Under the pieces are notes generated by a model. It saw nothing but the letters and a program-made list of their open reading frames with translations, searched no databases and had not been told where the DNA came from. A DNA stretch of 63,484 nt, filler included, from Nemertoderma westbladi (taxonomy: Eukaryota > Animalia > Xenacoelomorpha): NCBI GenBank assembly GCA_032718475.1. It is 3 parts of 3 records of this genome, joined end to end, with 100 filler letters (N's around TTAATTAATTAA, not from the genome) between each part and the next. Parts side by side here need not be neighbours in the genome. Positions count along the whole stretch, not along the records: positions 1 to 30,075 come from JAUCBJ010004861.1; positions 30,176 to 55,144 come from JAUCBJ010008694.1; 1 more part is not named here. One strand, 5' to 3'. The position numbers were made by a program, and so were the translations under genes. Each line of letters opens with the position of its first letter. Within the stretch, counting starts at the first letter, position 1. Positions 24,170 to 35,376 of this stretch are shown here, one piece after another.

Positions 24170-24398
24170 ACGTTCCAGTGAGATAACCACCCCGCCCCAA
24201 TGGCGCGCCGTAATCATACTTGTCCCCATCCGACTCGGTGGCTCGACGTTCAACCCTATCTACGCCGACTGTATTCGCACCTTCTTCGGAACGGAATGGT
24301 GTATCGGAATAATCGGCGGTCGTCCCAAACATTCCCTCTACTTCATCGGGTACCAGAACGATAAACTCATCTACTTGGACCCGCATTACTCGCAAACA
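24170..24398 (+). CDS. ATG4: ATG4C/D-like, exon 5 (catalytic Asp/His)
   Basis: Acceptor ggcag|; [23 protein letters not shown] and LIYLDPH; donor aca|gttagt. Confidence 0.93.
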
Positions 24399-24689
24399 GT
24401 TAGTTCGTTATACTTTATAATCCAATGGACTTTATTTTATTTTATACCCTGCATAAACAAACACATTTGTGCTGTTTTCTCTTCAAAACATATCAAAAAA
24501 GTATATTATTTTTAAATTATTTCAGTCTGAGAAATGTGAAAAAATTTAAATTCTAAAAAATGGTTAGTGGCAATATTCGGGTGATTTTTCGGTCCATTTA
24601 ATGGTGCGTATGGCGGTGCGAATATCAATTACATTAAACGTGTTTCGATGTTTCGTTGGTTAGTGTATCGTATAGCTCATCTGCAGCAC

Positions 24690-25787
24690 ATTGTTTATCC
24701 CATCCTTGTTTATATCATCCTTGTTTATCCCATCCTTGTTTATATCATCCTTGTTTATATCATCCTTGTTTATATCATCCTTGTTTATATCATCCTTGTT
24801 TATATCATCCTTGTTTATATCATCCTTGTTTATATCATCCTTGTTTATATCATCCTTGTTTATATCATCCTTGTTTATCTCATCCTTGTTTATATCATCC
24901 TTGTTTATATCATCCTTGTTTATATCATCCTTGTTTATCTCATCCTTGTTTATATCATCCTTGTTTATATCATCCTTGTTTATATCATCCTTGTTTATAT
25001 CATCCTTGTTTATATCATCCTTGTTTATATAATCCTTGTTTATATCATCCTTGTTTATATCATCCTTGTTTATCTCATCCTTGTTTATATCATCCTTGTT
25101 TATATCATCCTTGTTTATATCATCCTTGTTTATATCATCCTTGTTTATATCATCCTTGTTTATATCATCCTTGTTTATCTCATCCTTGTTTATCTCATCC
25201 TTGTTTATCTCATCCTTGTTTATATCATCCTTGTTTATATCATCCTTGATTATATCATCCTTGTTTATATCATCCTTGTTTATATCATCCTTGATTATAT
25301 CATCCTTGTTTATATCATCCTTGTTTATATCATCCTTGTTTATCTCATCCTTGTTTATCTCATCCTTGTTTATATCATCCTTGTTTATATCATCCTTGTT
25401 TATCTCATCCTTGTTTATATCATCCTTGTTTATATCATCCTTGTTTATATCATCCTTGTTTATATCATCCTTGTTTATATCATCCTTGTTTATATCATCC
25501 TTGTTTATATCATCCTTGTTTATATCATCCTTGTTTATCTCATCCTTGTTTATATCATCCTTGTTTATATCATCCTTGATTATATCATCCTTGTTTATAT
25601 CATCCTTGTTTATATCATCCTTGTTTATATCATCCTTGTTTATATCATCCTTGTTTATCTCATCCTTGTTTATTTCATCCTTGTTTATATCATCCTTGTT
25701 TATATCATCCTTGTTTATATCATCCTTGTTTATTTCATCCTTGTTTATATCATTCTTGTTTATATCATCCTTGTTTATATCATCCTT
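24690..25787 (+). repeat. 15-bp minisatellite (TATATCATCCTTGTT)n abutting the ATG4 exon 6 acceptor
   Basis: About 73 near-perfect tandem units ending in ...catccttcctcag|. Confidence 0.97.
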
Positions 25788-25793
25788 CCTCAG

Positions 25794-26147
25794 GTTGTCG
25801 ATGTAACCGAACGCGACTTCCCAACTTCCTCCTTCCACTGCGACTCGCCACGTAAACTCCCAATCTCCAGTATGGACCCGAGCTGCACCCTCGGCTTCTA
25901 TGTGAACAACCACGCCCAACTGCAGGAGTTCTTCCAACTCGCCCCCAAACTGTTCCGGCCGTGTCCCTCCAGCGGCGGCGGGGAGTATCCGTTGTTCGTG
26001 ATCGCGGATGGAACCGGTTCCGTCCAGTCGTCCCCTTCGGCCGGATCCGGTTCCACTCCGACTCGACTCCTCCGGATCCGACACGTTGACTCGGAAGGCC
26101 GACTCATCGAACCCGTAACTGCCGACGAGGACTTCGTCATGTTGTAG
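25794..26147 (+). CDS. ATG4: ATG4C/D-like, exon 6 (last)
   Basis: Acceptor ttcctcag|; SFHC..PRK....MDPSCTLGFY; C-terminal LIR-like EDFVML and stop. Confidence 0.92.
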   Translation, partial: VVDVTERDFPTSSFHCDSPRKLPISSMDPSCTLGFYVNNHAQLQEFFQLAPKLFRPCPSSGGGEYPLFVIADGTGSVQSSPSAGSGSTPTRLLRIRHVDSEGRLIEPVTADEDFVML

Positions 26148-26849
26148 CTACCGGTTACTGTTGCTATAGTTATAATTTGTGTTGCCATAGTTACACCTGT
26201 TGTTTCTTTATCTACTCCTCGTATTACTGCAGTTAATACATTCGAATAAGTGTTGTATTGCTGTAGTTACATGTATGTTGATATGGATACGTAGTTAGCT
26301 AGACCTAATTAGCTCAACTCGTATTATTTTCCTTTGTAATTCACCGAGGTTTTGGTCACAACGTATGTTCCAATGGCGACACCTCATTGTGTTACCTTGG
26401 TTGCACCTCCAGCCTCACCCTGTTAGTAGGTATTGTTATAGCGTGTGTTTCTATGGTTTCATTTATGTTACTAAGGTAACCAGTAACCACTATGGTAACT
26501 CGCAGTCATTCTATTATTATTTATTTATTTATTATATTCATTTCGTTGGATCAATTTTATTTCGCAGTTTTCGATAATTTAGTTGTTTGTTTTCATTCCC
26601 TGATTGATTGATTTTATTTTCTATTATTAAATTTCCTTGATTTAATAATCGTTGTGTTGATTATCCTTTTATCTACGTTCCGTTCACCGCTAATAGATGG
26701 AAAAAAATTAAATATTTAACAACCAAACATTTAACTTTGAATTGCTTTATGAATTGGTTTAAGGTAATACAGACTGACTAACAACAAAAAAAAACGATAT
26801 AATGGTTTTAGTTTATAAATACTGTCGCGCTCTCGTCACTGGTGTGATC

Positions 26850-26978
26850 ATGATTCTGTAATATGTAGGGCTGGGAGACCTCAAGTCACATTAAAACTAA
26901 ATAAAAAACCTTCTCTTTTTCTTTCTTTTTCTTTGCATGTCGCTTGAGGTCTCCCAGCCCTACATATTACAGAATCAT
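26850..26978. repeat. Perfect 36-bp inverted repeat with a 57-bp spacer
   Basis: 26850-26885 (atgattctgtaatatgtagggctgggagacctcaag) is the reverse complement of 26943-26978. Confidence 0.92.
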
Positions 26979-27147
26979 ATAATGGTTTTTAGTACATGTC
27001 TACAAATTGTCAACTCAAATTAAATGCAATAATTCTCAGAAAGTTATTATTATAAATTACTCTGCACCGGTAAATAGTTCAATTCTAATCCAAATTATTT
27101 CAGCATATGGGATTCACGATGAGATAAGTGAAACAATCAAATGAGTT

Positions 27148-27320
27148 TGTGACGGACGCAGATCCATTGGGTGATACACTTTAGTGACGGACGGAGATCC
27201 AGTGGGTGATACACTTTAGTGACGGATGGAGATCCAGTGGAGTGACGCCGGAGATCCATTGGGTGATACACTTTAGCAGCATTCATCTTCATCATTGTGG
27301 AGGACTATGAGCTGCGGATA
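27148..27320 (+). mobile_element. Decayed RTE RT fragment with local tandem duplications
   Basis: gggtgatacactttag occurs three times, then gcattcatcttcatcattgtggaggactatgagctgcgg, which resembles GDTLAPFLFIIVVDYVLR. Confidence 0.5.
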
Positions 27321-28586
27321 GGCGGAGACTTTCGACCTAATCCAATTTCATCTCTCTCCTGGGAAAATTCGACGCAAATAACAGCTGATTACCATCAAAA
27401 GTAAAACTGTAAACTGTTCTATTGACTTTTTTGAATTGAATTTTTATTGTTTTGATTATAGTAACATGCCACTGTAACCTGCTCCTTTCACTAAATTGAG
27501 AATTTAACATTGAGGGGGATATTAATTCGCCGTGGTGGGATTTACGTCCAGTTAATCTCTCTGTCTCATGTGCTGTGGACATCTCGATATTCATAGAGCT
27601 GATAGCGTGGAAATATTTGCACCAAAAGGTAGCTCCGTAGTCGTGGGTCCCCAGCAGAACATCTAAACTGTGAAACTGTCCAATTTGTGAATAGCACAAA
27701 GACCACAATTCTGAACAGTTATAGAAAACATGGAATCCGACCAGCTTAAAGTTGATCATGATAACACTCAATCGCTGGATATTTGTGAATGACTTCTGAA
27801 TGGCGAGGTTTGGTAAAGATCTCCGAATTCGCAAATAGAAAGCCTGGTCTCCCATCCACCAGCTCCTCCATGCTCTTAAGGTACGCCTTTCTTTCGGTAA
27901 GAATATAGACGTGGTGGACAGCCAATGACTTCTCTCAAACGCCTTTTCAATGCAGATAGAGGGTCTTTAGACGCAATCAAAATTCATCCCTCTCCAGGAG
28001 AACTTCGACGCAAATAATAGCTGATTATTCTCAAAAATAAAACTGTAACCGGTTCTATTGAATTTAGTTTATTATTTATATCGTGTCACTATAACCTGTT
28101 CCATGGGTGAGTACAAAGCGGAGACCGGGGATGGGAGACTCCCCAAATACAATAGGGAGACTACCTGACTGATGAATAACCTACCGACAAAAATACAGTA
28201 ACTTTAGATTAGAAGGTTTACGATATTATTGATCGTCGCATATTCGCTTTCCTTCAAGAATTGAGTATGAGAATATAATTATATAAAGAGAACCTTATCA
28301 TCGGCATACAGTATACTGCTGGCTGATTCAGCACGTTAAACTATATACAGATAGTATCGAGGAGGGGATTTATATGTTAGGCTGAGATACCGGTATCAGG
28401 GTGTATAAAAGTAAAGGCGGACTTTTCTAACCAAAACAATAAACTATATTTGTTACCAATTGAGGGAAAGGAACAGGATCCAGAAGCAGGCTTTTCTAAC
28501 CAAAACAATAATCGATATTGTTACCAATTGAGGGAAGGAACAGGTTACATAGACAGGCTTTTCTAACCAAAACAATAAACGATATA

Positions 28587-29795
28587 CAGGGTGTCCCAAT
28601 AAATTTGATCCGGTTTTAAAGTTTAATAACTCGTCACAATGAGCATCAATCGCAGACTTCTTAGTATCATATGAAAGCCAATAGGTGAACTTAAACTTTG
28701 GAATGCATTCTCGGTGATTTTATTGCTATGGTGAACAATAATTATCCTTATAATTAAGCCCAACGTTTTTATTGAATTAGAATGTTTAAGTAGTTTATAA
28801 AGTTAAGTTCAGAACAAGTATCTTTGTATAATAGATAACTGATTATTCACACAGTCCATAGCAGTGAAGTTAAATTAATCGGACTATCAGTATACTTTAT
28901 GGTTTGTAAATTTCAATGTGGCCTCCACCTATTTCTTTCACCTTCATAAGCCGCTTGATCGTTTCTTGGAAACAGTTTTGTAAATGATGATGCGGAATTG
29001 TTTCCAGTGCGGAATTAATGCGCGTCCTCAGCTCTTCTAGCCTCGTCACCGTTTCACTGTACACAAGATTCTTGACATGGCCCCATAAATAGTAATCACA
29101 GGGAGTCAAATCGAGAGAACGAACTGGCCATCGTATAGGACCGTCTCTGCCAATCCACCTGCAGGAAAGGTACTGTCCAAAAATAAACGAACGTTAAGGG
29201 CCCAATGTGTCGGTGCACCGTCCTGCTGAAACAGCACTTTGTCGGTGTTAAGACTCAGTCTTGGAATTAGAAAATCTTGCAGCATTGCCAGATATTTCTT
29301 AGCGTTGATAGACGAACCTTCGAAAATGTATGGTCCAATAACCTGTGTGGAAGACCATACCGTTAACTTTGGTGTGTCACGGAAGCGTTCTGTCACTTTA
29401 TGGGGGTTTTCAGTACCCCAAATTCTGCAGTTCCACCGATTGACAGCGCCACTGAGGTGAAAGGTTGCCTCATCGCTAAAGTAAATGTGGGCCGGATCTT
29501 TATCTTCTAAATAAAGCAGAATAGCGTCAGAAGCGCTCACTCTGCTGGAATAGTCGTTGGGTTTGAGCCCGTGCAACATCTGAATTTTATATGGTCGAAA
29601 TTTCAGGTTTTTGGCAATCCTTTGAGTGGAGCTTCTGCTTACCCCTACAGCTAAGGACACACGGCGCAAAGAGGTTTCTGGATATGTTAGGAAGTGAGTT
29701 TTAATAGCAGAAACTTTCTCTTGCGTAATCGAAGGCCTTTGAAAGCCTGATTTGCGTAACAAAGTTTTTTCACTCTCAAATTTTCTTACAAGACG
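28587..29795 (-). mobile_element. Tc1/mariner-superfamily DD41D (rosa-type) transposon, frameshifted and truncated
   Basis: TA|CAGGGTGTCCC terminus at 28587. Motifs FSDEATF, QQDGAPTH and DLTPCDYYLWG. There are 41 residues between the last two Asp once a 1-nt frameshift near 29162 is corrected. The other TIR was not found. Confidence 0.88.
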
Positions 29796-30075
29796 CGATG
29801 TTAGAGACGAGTGTTAGACGAGTGTTAGCCAAAGTGCCAAGAAGCAATCATTCGTATGTTGGTGTCTTCTCCACTTACGATTCATCAAGAAGAGCATTCC
29901 CAATGCTTCTAATCACATCCCTTTTACATATGAGTACAGCAAATCTTCCTTGAGCCAACGACTTCGACCGGGAACGATATCTACTATCGAGAACTACAAG
30001 GCTGAATTTATCCGCTGGTGCTACAATATATCCTCTTCATTCAAGATGAAGCATGATCGTATTCTGAGATTTTTC

Positions 30076-30175
30076 NNNNNNNNNNNNNNNNNNNNNNNNN
30101 NNNNNNNNNNNNNNNNNNNTTAATTAATTAANNNNNNNNNNNNNNNNNNNNNNNNNNNNNNNNNNNNNNNNNNNN
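30076..30175. other. Artificial assembly spacer
   Basis: 100 nt: N-run, TTAATTAATTAA (stops in all six frames), N-run. Confidence 0.97.
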
Positions 30176-33100
30176 ACGACGTCATAAATGTTAACACAGT
30201 AACTGAATAAAGGCACAGGTTATATATAAGTCAATCTATAGACAATAACAAAATTAAAAAGCATTAAATAACGCGTTGGTTTGGTATCCCTACCCGGATG
30301 CGGTTTGGATGAAACGAAGACATGAAAGTTAAAAACTCAATGAACCAAAGCGTGTCTGGTCGACTGATGGACACCGAACCACTCGCGAATTTAAACTGGG
30401 GATCCCAACTCGCTCCGGAACGCAACCCATAATAACTCTTCGCTTGCTGTTGCACTGAATTGCTCTACCGCAGTTGACCCACGAAAGTTTTGCACTTTGT
30501 ATTTCAGTATTTCATGCCGCTGGTTCTAGAGCCTAAGATTTCATCCGGTAAACGTTGCAAGTACCATAAACCATGCGCTGTAATCGTACCGATACCACGA
30601 AGTATCTTTAGTTTCACATGCATGTTTGCTTTTAGCGAAGTCCTGCTTACATATACGTACAATGCGATTGGAACTACCGGTAGTTTTCCCACCGGAATCG
30701 AGCATGCCCAGTAGGCCCAATTTTGCATCTTTCAGCATTGCGTCGGAGAAACGAGGCGAAGGGCCGGAAGTCGCGATGATAGAGTTCCAGTACGACCCTC
30801 TCTCGACCTTGGCCGTCCAGAGATATGCGAGAATGTTATCGCAAACGTGCTGGCACCCAGTCCGCCAGTTTGTGTCATCAACGTTGAAGACTAAGCAGTC
30901 ATTTATGTGCAGAAGGAGACGATTCGTTAGGATAAGCTGCAAGTGATCCCCACCTCATAGGGATCCTCGGATATAAGGATTACAGGATTACAACTTCCAA
31001 ACTTGAGGTTTAGAACTGCAGTAGGCCTATAATGCAGGCAGATTGTCTCATGCAGTCATGAGTTTACTAAAATCCTGAGGTTATTAGCCAAATGCGTGAA
31101 TGTGGATTGGTTAGGCCTACTGAAAGAACATGAGAAAACAAAAATGCTAGGCCTAGTACAATCACAGTATTAGGCTCACTAAAAATTAACAAATAATAAA
31201 TGAAATACTGAAATAGGCCTAAATTTAATTATACAACAACCGTCAGACCATACCTGCCTGCCTGCTGCCTGCATACAGCGTACCAAACCTGATAACATGC
31301 AGACAAGCCTAGAATACAAGTGAAATGTATAGTACAGTAGTAGGCAGGTAGGCCTACTGTAGTAAGGCCTGTGAAAGTACACGCGGTGGTACGCTACTGC
31401 AGTACTGCAGCAGGCGTTCCAGTGGAGGGGCAGACCGGTATATAAAATCAAACACTACCGGTAACTGCAGTGAACTGCTACACAGCCATCATTCTTGCCC
31501 AAGGCGCCTTGTCCCTGCCTCACACTACAAAAAGTGTTGCCGTCGCTAGGATACAAATTATATGTTATTGGCTAGAGCTGTACCATTGGTTGGCTTTGGC
31601 TATGTGTTTGATGTAGGCCATCATGTTATGATATTCAAATGGATTGATGGAGGGAATTTCAAAATGGTCAAATAATACAACAATAATGAAACTTTTAATA
31701 CGATGTGCAATTATAAAAATCGCTGTAACTCTGGTGCAACACGACCGTATTCGATGAAATTTTCATTGTTACGTACGGAAATTAATGCGTTTAGAATTGC
31801 TATACTCAATATATTTATAATCGGTATGATTTTTAAACTATAAGAGTTTAAGAGCCGGGAATTGCCAAATTGTGGCTACGTAAGCCAGATTTGACCACAA
31901 AATTGACCAGGTCCGTGCAACTCTTGAAAATTTTGGAATATGTCAATTTTGTTCTATTATCATGTTCTATAAATGACCAAAGTTAAAAAAAATATAATTC
32001 CTAGGAAGTTGTTTTATTTTTTATAAATATGTAATTTTGTGGTGAAAATTGGTTAATTTCGTTAAAAATCCGTGAAAATTTGACGGTTTGGAGTAAAATT
32101 GGGTGGGTTGGGCCAACTCATATAAATAGTTGCCAGCGTCATTTTTCTTACCCTAAAACGTTCTTTAATTGAGCACAGTTTTAGAAAATATAATTCCTAG
32201 GAAGTTCTTAAACTAAAGCTCAGACTTTCAAAAAGACGGCCATTTAACGGACTTTTTTTATTTGTCTGTCATACCTACACACAACGTTGAAATCGAAAAT
32301 GGCATGCATATTCGGATTCAGCACACCAAAATGTACCTATATAGTATATTTTGAGGTAATCTGAGGCTAAAATAAAAAAAAATGAAAAAATGAAAAAAAA
32401 TTTCGCCAAAATTTGCCAAACTTCCAAAAATACTTAACTTGCTCAGATTTTCATGAAATTTGGTACGGATGTGCCCAAAGCAATTCTAAGAAACTAATTT
32501 GAAGGATTTACGGAAAAATGCAATTTAAGCCGATATATGGCATTTTGAGTGCCTAATTTTAGGCTAAATTTCAAGAAAATACAGATTTCCTAAGTTTGGC
32601 CCTTATTTACTACAAGAAGCAAAGACTTTTTGTATTAACATTAAATGGATAAAATGTAGAGCTATCTTATCCATCTGTGATGTTAAAGTTTCAGAAAAAT
32701 ATAAGCAGACAATTCCGAGAAAACCACTTTCTACCAAAACCTATTTTGTCAACTTCCAAAATTACCATTTTTCGGCCCCAATTTCCGGCCCTTAATATTC
32801 AGGCAACGCACAATACCAATAACAGTAATAGAAATCCCATCTTCCCTCTATCTAACGCAAGTGGAACGGTTTCCTTCTAATTAAAAGATACAGAGTTATA
32901 ACGATTTAAAAATTGTCAAAAATATCCAAATTTGGCCCAAAATTGGCCAAAAGTTAAATTATTGGCATACTGTTAAATATTTTTGGCCAATATTTTGACC
33001 CGATGAACAACTGTATTGGATATGTATTCGGTATGAGTTTCAATCGAAATGGCCAAGCTGCTTTGGTGATAGCGAGAAAACAATGTAAAAATTTACCATT

Positions 33101-34102
33101 TTGATAATTTTTGGGTAAAATTAAAATGTGGCCAAAATGGCCAAATTTGGCTAAACGAAATTTTTTAATGAAACTTGCAAATCTATCCGCGCACAAAGTC
33201 TCTGGAGAACATTTGAAGATTTCAGTCGCCTTCACTCCGAATTTAATCATTTAGTGCTAGAAGTTTCCAAATTGGGGCAAAAATCCACATTTGGTGGCCA
33301 ATTTGGAAATGTTGCGAAACTAAATTGAAAAAACAAAACCGTACAAAATTCTTAGAATAACAAAAACTACAAACGTGGCTAATTTCAGAGAATATAATTC
33401 CTAGGAAGTTGTAAAAGGGCCCCGAGTAAGCTCCACTTTCTATATACTAATGTTGGAACGCCAACGCCCGGTGTGGGAGAATCCTCACGAAGGATCCTCC
33501 CACGTTGTGTTGTTTTTAGGTTTACATAAGAACCGCATATCCGACTAGTTATTAGTTCATTGTATTGCGTATATTGTTAATAAATTATAAAAGCTGCAGA
33601 AAGGATATAATTATTGATTTAATTAAGAGCTTCACTTTTAATCGTTAAAATTGCCATTTTTGCTTAATAATAAGCTTATAGTATGCTTAATAATACATGG
33701 TAAAAAAAGTATAACTTTTTCTCTATTCTCGAGGCATTTTATTTACCGAGCGCAATCGAGGGGGCAAAGGATTTAATAGATTTGTTGGATTAAATGGATT
33801 TAATATAGGGTAGAGAGAAAATTAAAAAAAAATGCTCTATTTTTTTCCCATTTAATACCTAATTTTATTCTTAAATTAGTGGTTTTTAGTTGCTTAATTC
33901 TTTAATAAAAGATAAAGCGATTAATAGCATTACGAAATAAATTGATTGAACTGTAGTATTTTACTATATTGCTTCCATAATTACTGCGATTCAAATTATT
34001 GTACTCTTCAAATTCGGAATCTTCTGCCTTTTACTTATAATATTAAATAATTTAATGTTTTCGTTTAAAATAATGTGTTAAATCTCGAGTTAAATAAATA
34101 AT

Positions 34103-34200
34103 TATGGGTGATAGGGAGTTGTGGCTGCGCAAATTTGTCGACAAGCCGGCACAGCATTAATGTATATAATGCAGCTACAATGCAGCATGCCTATCGTAGT
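34103..34200 (+). mobile_element. 3'-end fragment of the RTE-group LINE
   Basis: gggtgatagggagttgtggc...gacaagccggcacagcatt...gcagcatgcc matches the 3' end of the longer copies. Confidence 0.75.
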
Positions 34201-34793
34201 AAAATCGTTAAATAATTTAATGTTAAATTTAATGTTTCTTTATTAGGTAATTAAAGAGCCGATTAATTACTGGACATCAATATTGGATATTAAGATCAGT
34301 TTTGGTTTCCGTTTTTGTACGTTTTAAAATACGTACACAAAAAAAACCCCAGTAGTACCCATGGCATACACTAAAGTTGCAATAACTTTTGAGAGTCTAA
34401 ATGGATTTTCCTCAAATTACGTGCAAACCCTTTCTACTAAGATTCTCTTTCATCACATGTAATAAAATTTCAGAAATTCCAATAAAAATATTTTATTTTA
34501 ATAAATAAAATCAATGAGATCCGTAAAATCAATGCTATCCTATGGGTTTACTTTATTCCGTAGGGAAAAACAGGAACTCCTTATAATCACCCGATGTTGA
34601 GGTATATTTGAGCGAAAAAGTTACAATTTAAGAATAAATGTCTTTAATGTCCGCAGTTTTGCGGACAGAAAAGGGAGGAGATATTTTAATGAATGAAAAC
34701 ATGTTATTGCTATAAAAGTTCAGGTCCGACAAGACGCTATAACTGTAAATAAATAATACTAATAAAAAGTATAATAAAAATAGTAAATAAAAA

Positions 34794-35376
34794 TACTGTC
34801 TGGGGGCTACTGTCTGGGGAGCTACTGATGGGGTGCTACTGACGGGGTGCTACTGTCTGGGGGGCTACTGTCTGGAGAGCTACTGTCTGGGGGGCTACTG
34901 TCTGGGGAGCTACTGTCTGGGGAGCTACTGACGGGGTGCTACTGTCTGAGAGCTACTGTCTGGGGGGCTACTGTCTGGGGAGCTACTGTCTGGGGAGCTA
35001 CTGACAGGGTGCTACTGTCTGGGGGCTACTTTCTGGGGAGCTACTGTCTGGGGTGCTACTGTCTGGGGAGCTACTGATGGGGAGCTACTATCTGGGGGGC
35101 TACTGACGGGGGGCTATTGACCGGGGGGCTACTGTCTGGGGGGCTACTTTCTGGGGAGCTACTGTCTGGGGGGCTACTGACGGGGGGCTATTGAATGGGG
35201 GGCTACTGACTGGGGGCTATTGACCGGGGGGCTAATGTCTGGGGGGCTACTGTCTGGGGAGATACTGACGGGGGGCTGCTGTCTGGGGGGCTACTGACGG
35301 GGGGCTGCTGTCTGGGGGGCTACTGACGGGGGGCTGCTGTCTGGGGGGCTACTGACGGGGGGGCGGGGCTACTGTG
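34794..35376 (+). repeat. 14/15-bp minisatellite (GGGGGCTACTGTCTG)n
   Basis: Tandem units. The reverse-complement motif ccccggacagtagc also occurs at about 49835-49985 and 53823-53915. Confidence 0.92.

Noticed and set aside
24648-26084. 499-aa (YIILV)n and 474-aa (KDDIN)n proteins
   Set aside because: Translations of the 15-bp intronic minisatellite; only 25794-26147 is a supported exon.
27337-28090. 172-aa minus-strand ORF with a nearby duplicated segment of about 75 bp (about 27353 and 27991)
   Set aside because: No recognisable motif or splice structure; left unassigned.
30120-30131. TTAATTAATTAA palindrome as a biological site (also at about 55189)
   Set aside because: It is centred in N-runs of identical length at both places, so it is an artificial linker.
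31700-33430. Long AT-rich segment resembling a non-autonomous DNA transposon
   Set aside because: I could not identify matching termini or a TSD.
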